From Dehalococcoidales bacterium (lineage in GTDB: Bacteria; Chloroflexota; Dehalococcoidia; Dehalococcoidales; Fen-1064): a stretch of DNA of 64,000 nt. This document shows, piece after piece, positions 56,807-64,000 of the stretch (position 1 is its first letter; each line of letters starts with the position of its first letter). The notes beneath the pieces were generated by a model. That model saw nothing but the letters and a program-made list of their open reading frames with translations. It ran no database searches and had not been told where the DNA came from. The position numbers and the translations under genes are program-made. Location: contig JAURWL010000086.1 in assembly GCA_030654965.1 (NCBI GenBank), positions 102 through 64,101 of the forward strand. Direction: 5' to 3'.

Positions 56807-57073
56807 TTGTTGGCTGATAACGACTGGCGTACTCAAACTGCGAAAGCTATTAGAGATATAGGGACATCATTAACTAGGAAAAACTTGACTCATCCTTCAA
56901 ATTGGAACATACTCTTTGATTTTTTCATGGGTATTGTTATTCTGGGGTTAGCACTATGCAGTGGTTTTTTTAAAATGCATGATATTCCTTTCTCCGCTCT
57001 GCTTATCATGGCATTTATCTTTATATTTTTATGCTTTCTGTGGGTTTGTTATTACCAGAACAAACAGCAATAA
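56807..57073 (+). CDS. hypothetical small membrane protein (88 aa, 2 TM), cassette gene 3
   Basis: TTG start 5-6 nt after AGAGGA. Hydrophobic stretches: FFMGIVILGLALCSGFF and ALLIMAFIFIFLCFLWVCYY. Confidence 0.5.
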   Translation: MLADNDWRTQTAKAIRDIGTSLTRKNLTHPSNWNILFDFFMGIVILGLALCSGFFKMHDIPFSALLIMAFIFIFLCFLWVCYYQNKQQ

Positions 57074-57162
57074 TTATTTTACTAGCCTAACAATATCCTC
57101 AATAGTCCAGATGTGATTCGTAATTCCGCTTGCCATTGCGGGAGTTCTCGGATACGGATTAG

Positions 57163-58635
57163 CAAGCGTCTAGAGAATATCTCATCAAAACAGCGGGCGT
57201 GCCGGAAGAAAATATCGCCGTAAAAACCAGTGAACGTGACGATATTGAAGGGATTGACCTTTTCGCACGCGATTGCCCTATAAGGTACATCATTACCAAG
57301 CAAGCCCTCCAGGAAGGCTGGGATTGCGCTTTTGCTTATGTGCTGGCAATACTCACCAACCCAAGTTCCAAAAACAACCTTACCCAGCTTGTCGGGCGTA
57401 TTTTGAGACAACCGTATGCCAGTAAAACTAAAATTACTGACCTCGATGAAAGTTACGTGTTCTGCTATCAGCAAAAGGCAGTCAATTTATTGGATAGCAT
57501 TAGGGCGGGGTTACAAGGGGAAGGGCTTGGCGATTTAACGGGCAAGGTTGTGACCGATGAGATGGGCAATGAAAAGCCTGCGGAAAGCAAACGTACCATC
57601 TCTTTAAGGGATAAATTCAAACATTTTGCCGGCAAGATTTATTTACCCGTATTCACTATTGAGGAGAACGGTAAAAGACGGCAGGTATGTTACGAATCGG
57701 ACATCGTTAGCCGTATTCAATGGCAAAACATAAATACAGATAAAATACTGGGTACATTTTTGTCCAACTTAGAAGAGAAAGACACTGAGACGGCTTATGT
57801 GTTAAGCGATGATACCAAAGCTGTTATCAAACAGAAGGATTTCATCCGGCTTAAAGAAGGCGGTATTGAGCTAGACTACGAGTTTATGACACGGCACTTG
57901 CTGGATATCATTCCAAATCCATGGGTAGCGTATGAATACGGTAAGACTGTCTTGAATTATTTCCTGGGGAAATACGCTCCGTCAGTGGTGGCTAACAACT
58001 TTGTCTTTATCATTGAAGAACTGAGGAAACACGCTGAAAGTGAAAAGGAAAGGCTGGCAGAACAAGTCTTCCGGCAATTGATTACGGATAAAAAGCTGCA
58101 GTTCTTAATTATACGGAGTGCCGCCGGAAACAAACTACCTGATACCCGCATAATTGATGGCGGTATTAAGCCGTTTTACAATGCTGCCGGTCAGCCGTTA
58201 CAGCGAAGCCTCTTTGATTTTGTCCCCGAGAATGAATTTAACACATCGGAGCAGAGTGTAGCCTGGTACCTGGAGGAACAAGAAAAGTTGCTCTGGTGGT
58301 ACCGCAATCTCTCTCGGCAAGACTACTATATTCAGGGCTGGAGAAAGAACAAGATTTACCCGGATTTTATTTTTACGGAAATAGATGCGGGGGATAACAA
58401 AGCTTACAGCAAAGTATTTGTGGTGGAAACCAAGGGGCTTCATCTAGGTGGTAGTGAAGACACAAAATACAAAAAGAGTATTCTTGATATTTGCAATGAC
58501 ATTGGGGTAGAAAAAAGCTGGGATGAATTGGGGATGGAATTTCCCGAGAAAAAGGTCGTTTTCAAAGTAGTCTTTGACGACGAATGGAAAGCAAGAATTA
58601 ACGAACTTTTTGCCGCGACAATATCGAGTCGATAA
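57163..58635 (+). pseudogene. 5'-truncated type III restriction Res-like SF2 helicase with a C-terminal PD-(D/E)xK nuclease-like domain
   Basis: The frame is open only from 57163 (a TAG precedes it). It begins inside the helicase C-lobe (ITKQALQEGWDCAFAYVL ... QLVGRILRQP, motifs V-VI). Motifs I/II are absent. The C-terminus has ...IYPDFIF...VFVVETKG (D...ExK). Confidence 0.65.
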
Positions 58636-58845
58636 CCTTTTCTTCCTCCCTGCATTCCAAGCACAGTTCCGCTACTCTTTTTATCTCTACTTAAGCCTTT
58701 TTCCGTTTCTTTTCTGTTTTGGTTGTTTGCCGCCTGTTACTTGAGTCTTGTATCTTGTTTATCGTTATTTTTTCTGATAGCTCGTTTAACGACAAAACTC
58801 CCTTGCCCTCTCACTCTCTCCTGTCTTATTATTATCTTACCTTTT

Positions 58846-59120
58846 GCGTCTAGAGCAGGAGAAAGACGCCGTCGATTCTGACTGCAGAATTCATTTAGGG
58901 CTTTGGGGTGTAAAGTCCAGTGAAGGAGCAGTAAAATTTGTCGTCAGAATCCACTCCCTCGCGTTAAAACACGCGGGTGCCTGTTCGAGGCATTGGAATA
59001 TGTAATCGGACAAAGGGTATTGCGATATACCCCTCAGTCCTTACCCTGTTAAATCTCCCATAACCTTCTCCTCTTTGTAAGGGGAGAATTGAAGAGGGAT
59101 TATTGAGAAAATTAACAGGG
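58846..59120 (+). ncRNA. candidate structured RNA (class unknown)
   Basis: A chain of at least eight hairpins in ORF-free DNA. Three stems contain G-T pairs that are tolerated only if the plus strand is the RNA (58900/58916, 58959/58976, 59072/59082). Confidence 0.3.
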
Positions 59121-59341
59121 ATTACGCTCCTATCGGTGCCGGGGACATCGGACTACTCACGTGGCTTTGTGCACGAGAGGGACAACGCACATCCACAACG
59201 ATTAGTTTTTAAAATTTCACCCCATTTTACGAAACGAATCCTTACCCGCTAGTGAAATTTATCGGGCGGGTATTCAAGCAGATAGTTATGGGTAGATATT
59301 ATTTTCAACCAAATGTATTTATTACCAATATTTTCACTTTA

Positions 59342-59391
59342 TTGACATTTCCGCCTCTCTCTTTTATACTGCTAATTGATAATCGTTTTCA
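59342..59391 (+). promoter_or_regulatory. promoter plus Fur/Zur-box-like operator upstream of the Fur-family gene
   Basis: TTGACA (59342-59347), 17 nt, TATACT (59365-59370). TGATAATCGTTTTCA (59377-59391) resembles the 7-1-7 TGATAATnATTATCA Fur box (5 of 7 in the right arm). Confidence 0.55.
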
Positions 59392-59403
59392 GTTGGACGC
59401 TCA

Positions 59404-59835
59404 ATGAAACTCACGGAAAGAAAGATTACCACAGAGCTCCGTAAGCATGGCTACAAACTCACCCCTCAACGCCAGGCAGTTATCGACACAATTGTTGCTA
59501 GCCAGGACCTGCTCACACCCGCCCGCGTCTATGAAAAAGTGAGCCGTGAGCACCCGGATATCGGGTTGGTAACAGTCTACCGCACGCTGGAGCTTTTATC
59601 ACGATTGGGTCTTATCTGCGAGCTACATTCGGGCGGTACCTGTCCTACCTATACCGCCAGCAATCCGGAACACCATCACCACCTCATCTGTTCGGGTTGT
59701 GGGAAGGTGGTCGACTTTACGGGTCACAACCTTGCGCCGCTGGAAAACAGACTTGCCCGCGAGAGCGGTTTCAGGATTCAGAATCATGTCCTTGAGTTCA
59801 TCGGCGTGTGTTCCGCTTGCCAGGAAACTAAATAA
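59404..59835 (+). CDS. fur: Fur-family metalloregulator (Fur/Zur type)
   Basis: ...LTPQRQAVIDTI... wHTH, HHHHLICSGCG and CSAC metal-site motifs; 143 aa. Confidence 0.88.
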   Translation: MKLTERKITTELRKHGYKLTPQRQAVIDTIVASQDLLTPARVYEKVSREHPDIGLVTVYRTLELLSRLGLICELHSGGTCPTYTASNPEHHHHLICSGCGKVVDFTGHNLAPLENRLARESGFRIQNHVLEFIGVCSACQETK

Positions 59836-59853
59836 TTATTCTGGAGGTGTTAT

Positions 59854-60144
59854 ATGGCTTACGCAGCAAATTCCGGTGGGGCGACGGCCGCAGCGGCAGC
59901 AGCAATTGCGCAGGCAATCAAAGCCTCCGGTGCTATTGTCCGGCTGGAACCGGATGATTTCAATAAAATACTCTCACGCACCAGTAAACCACTGGTAGTA
60001 ATTGCTAAAGGCGGCTTTTTCAAACCCCATTATCAGTATTTGACCGCCTACAAAGGATTGATGTTCTTCACAAAATCTCCCACGGAGTTAATGCTCCCGG
60101 GCGATACTGAAATCATCGCGGCGCGAGAAATCTGGATTCCGTGA
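59854..60144 (+). CDS. hypothetical protein (96 aa)
   Basis: The ORF lies 18 nt after fur with a GGAGG RBS and an Ala-rich N-terminus. No named domain. Confidence 0.5.
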   Translation: MAYAANSGGATAAAAAAIAQAIKASGAIVRLEPDDFNKILSRTSKPLVVIAKGGFFKPHYQYLTAYKGLMFFTKSPTELMLPGDTEIIAAREIWIP

Positions 60145-60154
60145 GAGGATTGAT

Positions 60155-60775
60155 ATGCTACATTTGATTTCTGATGAACTGAAACACCATGCCCCCTTTA
60201 CTGCCATCGGAGCGGTGAGCGGCATTATCATCATGCTGGTAATTTCTCTGGCAAACATACTACCGGAGGTAAACCGCGTCTCGGAGACGGTCTTCTACGT
60301 CCTGCACCCGCTTCATGTTACTTTCAGCGCCATTGTTATCACCTCGCTCTATCGCAAATATAAACCAGGCACAATCTGGCAAGCCGTTCTGGTCGGTTAT
60401 ATTATCTCAGTGAGTATGGCGACGCTCAGTGATTCCCTGATTCCCTACCTCGGTGAAGCCGCCCTCAGCTTACCCCAGCGTGAGTTACACATCGGTTTCC
60501 TCGAAGAGTGGTGGCTTGTCAATCCGGCGGCTTTCCTGGGCATTCTCATTAGTTTTATTAGACCGGCAACCAAATTCCCGCACTCGGCGCATGTCCTCAT
60601 CAGCACATGGGCATCACTTTTCCACTTCATTATGGCGCTGGGAGCCACTGTGACCGCTGTTCAATTTGTTATTATTTTTGTCTTCCTCTTCCTTGCTGTC
60701 TGGATTCCGTGCTGTCTCAGCGATATTGCCCTGCCGCTGGTTGTCGTCGGTAGGCAGTTGCCCCACGAGCACTAA
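60155..60775 (+). CDS. His-rich polytopic membrane protein, possible metal transporter
   Basis: About 6 TM helices with His clusters facing the loops or ends (KHH, HPLH, HSAH, C-terminal PHEH). It lies in the Fur-family operon. Confidence 0.5.
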   Translation: MLHLISDELKHHAPFTAIGAVSGIIIMLVISLANILPEVNRVSETVFYVLHPLHVTFSAIVITSLYRKYKPGTIWQAVLVGYIISVSMATLSDSLIPYLGEAALSLPQRELHIGFLEEWWLVNPAAFLGILISFIRPATKFPHSAHVLISTWASLFHFIMALGATVTAVQFVIIFVFLFLAVWIPCCLSDIALPLVVVGRQLPHEH

Positions 60776-60801
60776 TGACCTATAATCTTGACTGAGATAA
60801 A

Positions 60802-61641
60802 ATGGCAATTAAAATCACCACGCTCAGTGAAAACACCGCCTCCGCCCCTGACCTGCTCGCGGAATGGGGGTTCAGTGTCCTCGTAGAAATTGACTCGCTG
60901 ACAGTTCTGCTGGATACCGGGCTCAGCAGTACAGTGGTGCATAACGCCGGCATACTGGGAATCGATTTGAAAAAAGTCGACCGTATAATTCTTAGCCACG
61001 GTCATTACGACCACACCGGCGGTCTGCAGAATGTCCTGCGCCTCATGAGAAAAAAGATGGAAATCATTGCCCATCCCGATGTCTGGGGTGAGAAATACGC
61101 ACGGCAGAACGAGACTACTTACCGTTACATCGGTATCCCCTTCCAACGTCCTGTGCTGGAGTCACTTGGCGCCAGCTTTACCCTCTCCAGAGACCCGGTG
61201 AGAATCACCAATGATGTCCTCACCACCGGCGAGGTGCCCGAAATCACCGAATACGAACAGATTGAACCGAATCGCTTTTTTGTGAAAGAGGACGGTGAAC
61301 TCAAACCGGATACTTTACCTGATGACCTGGCGCTCATTATCAATACGAAGCCAGGGCTGGTGGTGATTTTGGGTTGCGGGCACCGCGGACTTATCAATAC
61401 CCTGCGTCACGCGCAGAAATTGACACGCCGTCAGGAAATCCGCATGGTCATCGGGGGTTGTCATCTCATCGGTACGTCCACGGAGCGGGTCCGGTTGACG
61501 CTTGCCGCATTGAAAGAAATGGATGTGCAGAAGATTGGCGCATCGCACTGCACCGGTCTGCCGGCGGCGGCAATCATGGCGCAGGAGCTAGGCGACCGCT
61601 TCTTCTTCAATAATGCCGGGACAAGGTTAACACTGGATTAG
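60802..61641 (+). CDS. MBL-fold metallo-hydrolase
   Basis: HGHYDHTGG motif, ...GCGH..., 279 aa. Confidence 0.85.
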   Translation: MAIKITTLSENTASAPDLLAEWGFSVLVEIDSLTVLLDTGLSSTVVHNAGILGIDLKKVDRIILSHGHYDHTGGLQNVLRLMRKKMEIIAHPDVWGEKYARQNETTYRYIGIPFQRPVLESLGASFTLSRDPVRITNDVLTTGEVPEITEYEQIEPNRFFVKEDGELKPDTLPDDLALIINTKPGLVVILGCGHRGLINTLRHAQKLTRRQEIRMVIGGCHLIGTSTERVRLTLAALKEMDVQKIGASHCTGLPAAAIMAQELGDRFFFNNAGTRLTLD

Positions 61642-61644
61642 AAG

Positions 61645-62580
61645 ATGGCTATTAATCTAAAAGTCCAACTGGCGCCGAAAAACAAGCGGGGGCTTCTGCT
61701 CACCAACCCGGTGATGACGGCTTCCGGTACCTTTGGCTATGGGATGGAGTATGAGCACCTGTTCGATATCCAGAAGTTAGGCGCGATTGTCTGCAAAGGC
61801 ACAACGTTTGAACCGAGGGAGGGGAATCCCCAGCCTCGCATCGTAGAGACTGCGAGTGGTATGCTCAACTCCATTGGGTGGCAAAATATCGGTGTGGAAG
61901 CATTAATCCGTGAAAAAGCGCCGGTCTGGGCGAAGTGGCAGGTGCCGGTCATCGTCAATATTGCCGGTAAAACAGTTGAGGAGTATGGTCAACTCGCCGC
62001 GCGGCTGGATGGAGTACCGGGGATAAGCGGTATCGAGGTTAATATCAGTTGCCCCAATGTCAAAGCCGGCGGCGTAGAGTTCGGTGCCGATGCCAGGTCC
62101 GCGGCTAAGGTCACGGCAGTCGTAAGAAAAGCTACCGCTCTCCCGGTCATAATGAAGCTTACCCCTACCACTAGTGACATTGTAGGAATCGCTAAAGCAG
62201 TGGCAGAAGCGGGCGCTGATGTCGTCTGCCTTATCAATACTCTTAAGGGTATGGCAATCGATGTCAAAACGCGCAGGCCGGTGCTCGGTAATGTCTTCGG
62301 AGGGCTATCAGGTCCCGCCATCAAGCCGGTGGCGCTGGCGATGGTCTACCAGGTGGCAGATGCAGTAGACATTCCCATTATCGGGTGCGGCGGCATTGCT
62401 ACGGCGACGGATGCGCTTGAGTTCATTATGGCGGGCGCGACCGCCGTTGAGATTGGCACGGCGAATTTCTGGAATCCGCGCGCCACGTTGGACATTCTGG
62501 AAGGAATAGAAAAATTCCTCCGCAAAGAGAAGATTAAAGATATCCGGAAGTTAATCGGGATTGCTCGATTGAAGTCATGA
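61645..62580 (+). CDS. pyrD: dihydroorotate dehydrogenase, class 1 catalytic subunit
   Basis: ...NISCPN..., GGLSGPAIKPVAL, IIGCGGI motifs. Confidence 0.92.
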   Translation: MAINLKVQLAPKNKRGLLLTNPVMTASGTFGYGMEYEHLFDIQKLGAIVCKGTTFEPREGNPQPRIVETASGMLNSIGWQNIGVEALIREKAPVWAKWQVPVIVNIAGKTVEEYGQLAARLDGVPGISGIEVNISCPNVKAGGVEFGADARSAAKVTAVVRKATALPVIMKLTPTTSDIVGIAKAVAEAGADVVCLINTLKGMAIDVKTRRPVLGNVFGGLSGPAIKPVALAMVYQVADAVDIPIIGCGGIATATDALEFIMAGATAVEIGTANFWNPRATLDILEGIEKFLRKEKIKDIRKLIGIARLKS

Positions 62581-62634
62581 AAAAATACATTTAGTATCCC
62601 ATATCACCCACGCCAAAAGAAAAGTGATGTCCGT

Positions 62635-63003
62635 ATGCCACGATATAGAGCAACCGCCCTTATAATTAGAAATGACAAAGTCCTTCTAGTCAGGGATAAG
62701 GGAAGGCATGACTACTCCATGCCGGGTGGCGGATTTAAACCAAGAGAATCCACCATACAAGCATGTATCAGAGAAGTGGCAGAAGAATTAAAAATGAAAG
62801 TTATTTCAGCCACAAGACTAAGAAGTTGTGACCACGAAGGTGAAAGAGCTCATCATAAAGTCAGTTTGCTTGTGGTCGAAGGTATACCACATATAGATCA
62901 TAAAGAACTTGATGGATTTATATGGTGGGACATGAAGGAAAAAATCCCTTTACAAGGGCATGTCAAATCTATTCTTCGTAAGTATAAAATCACGAGTCAA
63001 TAA
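62635..63003 (+). CDS. NUDIX hydrolase
   Basis: Nudix box GGGFKPRESTIQACIREVAEELKM. Confidence 0.85.
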   Translation: MPRYRATALIIRNDKVLLVRDKGRHDYSMPGGGFKPRESTIQACIREVAEELKMKVISATRLRSCDHEGERAHHKVSLLVVEGIPHIDHKELDGFIWWDMKEKIPLQGHVKSILRKYKITSQ

Positions 63004-63071
63004 TTAGTTAGAGCGTATTCATGTTGCCTAAGGATAATGGCTGTAAAGTACTATAGGATGTGAAGTAGCAA

Positions 63072-63368
63072 TTGAAGCCGTGTAATTCTGAGTTAGGAAA
63101 GACAACTGTAGAGACTATCGGTGTTGCACTACTTGTCGGTTTTGTAGTTTGGCTGTTCTTTTTAATGATATCTAACATAGATTTCAAAGGAATGAGTTTT
63201 TCACAAATTAAACTCGTTGTATCAATTTGTGCCGGTGTTGCAGTATCCATAATCAACAAAAGAGCTGGGGGAAAATTTGTGGAATCGGCGGTAACTGGAT
63301 TTGTTGTTAGTGTCTTTGCATTCGCAGTAATACAAATTGTAATACAAATGCTATTCAATTCGAAATAG
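63072..63368 (+). CDS. hypothetical small membrane protein (strand and start uncertain)
   Basis: Three hydrophobic segments on the plus frame. A 116-aa minus-strand ORF (63008..63358) overlaps it and cannot be excluded. Confidence 0.35.
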   Translation: MKPCNSELGKTTVETIGVALLVGFVVWLFFLMISNIDFKGMSFSQIKLVVSICAGVAVSIINKRAGGKFVESAVTGFVVSVFAFAVIQIVIQMLFNSK

Positions 63369-63440
63369 AGTCGTGGAATATCGGCTTGAATTTGCGAGGC
63401 CGGTATGAATAAGCAAGCAGTATCCTAATGGAAGATTAAA

Positions 63441-64000
63441 TTGAGCAATCCCAAACTATCCATCGTTGATACCCATGCTCATCTTGATATGAAAGAGTTC
63501 GCCGGCGACCGCGATGAGGTCATTACCCGCGCACTGGCGGCTGGCGTCACCAGAATAATCACGGTCGGTACGGATATCACTTCCAGCCAGCAGGCGATTG
63601 CGCTTGCCGGGAAGTACCCGCAGGTCTATGCCGCCGTCGGTGTTCATCCTCACGATGCCGGCAGAGTCGAGAGTTCATATCTGGCCCGACTTGCAGAATT
63701 GGCAAAGGCCCCGAAGGTGGTCGCCATCGGGGAAACGGGGTTAGACTTCTACCGTAACTATTCGCCAAAAGAAGCACAATTCAACATTCTGCGCGGGCAA
63801 CTGGAACTGGCGGCGGAGCTAAATCTGCCCATCATTATCCACGCCCGGCAGGCAGCACTGGAAATGATTGAGACCCTCAGCGATTGGGTGAAGCGTCATA
63901 AAGACACCTCCGGCAGACCGCGAGGGGTGATTCACTGCTTCAGCGATGATGCGCAGACAGCGCGGAAGTACCTGAACCTGGGTTTTTATATTTCCTTCGC
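63441..64000 (+). CDS. tatD: TatD-family metal-dependent hydrolase (3' partial; runs off the window)
   Basis: ...IVDTHAHLD..., ...AIGETGLDFYR..., ...IIHAR..., ...GVIHCFS... Not in the ORF track because no stop is reached. TTG start inferred. Confidence 0.85.
   Translation, partial: MSNPKLSIVDTHAHLDMKEFAGDRDEVITRALAAGVTRIITVGTDITSSQQAIALAGKYPQVYAAVGVHPHDAGRVESSYLARLAELAKAPKVVAIGETGLDFYRNYSPKEAQFNILRGQLELAAELNLPIIIHARQAALEMIETLSDWVKRHKDTSGRPRGVIHCFSDDAQTARKYLNLGFYISF

Noticed and set aside
58890-58935. RNase P RNA (AAAGTCC resembles the P4 GGAAAGUCC) or SRP RNA (GTCC-AGTGAA-GGAGCAG resembles helix 8 GUCCGGAAGGAAGCAG)
   Set aside because: The complementary P4 3' strand and other universally conserved RNase P segments are absent. 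The SRP-like stretch has a hexaloop and lacks the symmetric-loop A, so it does not fit the conserved domain IV. I left the RNA unclassified.
1-64000. CRISPR arrays, rRNA genes, reverse transcriptase/retron or DGR components, prophage structural genes
   Set aside because: I scanned for regularly spaced direct repeats, rRNA-like conserved blocks and RT motifs (YxDD) in the ORF set and found none. The only repeats are the palindromes, the IS subterminal repeats and the tRNA-derived copy reported above.

Overview
This 64-kb window comes from a bacterial chromosome of roughly 50% G+C by eye. The gene content (FmdE, several molybdoenzymes, selenocysteine use, a Dehalococcoides-type SOD) suggests an anaerobic Chloroflexota/Dehalococcoidia-like organism, but that is inference only. 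Most of the window is ordinary core or metabolic coding sequence. This includes a CopA copper ATPase, an EF-G paralogue, SOD/Rieske genes, an acyl-CoA carboxyltransferase and two paralogous pairs of acyl-CoA dehydrogenases. It also includes a CAX antiporter, efp-epmA, pcm, xerC/D, corA, PiT/DUF47, a B12-radical SAM protein and an HxlR-FmdE-molybdopterin oxidoreductase operon. Further along are a coxMSL/xdhC/mocA-type molybdenum hydroxylase cluster, an ECF sigma/anti-sigma pair, tRNA-Ala(CGC), xth, ybeY, a Fur-family operon, pyrD and tatD. The parts worth a second look are small. (1) An IS21-family element whose istA is split by a 3,044-bp Tn554-like element carrying two tyrosine recombinases; joining that element's ends would assemble a TTGACA-N18-TAATAT promoter. 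(2) A glutaredoxin-like gene missing from the ORF track because its CxxC cysteine is an in-frame TGA (UPWC) followed by a SECIS-like hairpin. It sits beside two other sub-60-aa ORFs (a YHS protein and a CCGHHGEPGC protein) downstream of copA. (3) An AT-rich islet with an orphan proteasome-beta-like Thr protease and an overlapping small acidic ORF. (4) An AT-rich three-gene cassette (one soluble protein plus two small 2-TM proteins) behind a consensus promoter. It abuts a 5'-truncated type III Res-like helicase-nuclease and about 0.7 kb of ORF-free, hairpin-dense DNA. (5) A scrambled partial copy of tRNA-Ala next to the intact gene. I saw no CRISPR array, rRNA, reverse transcriptase or recognisable complete defence system. 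The candidates for a novel system are hypotheses, not demonstrations.
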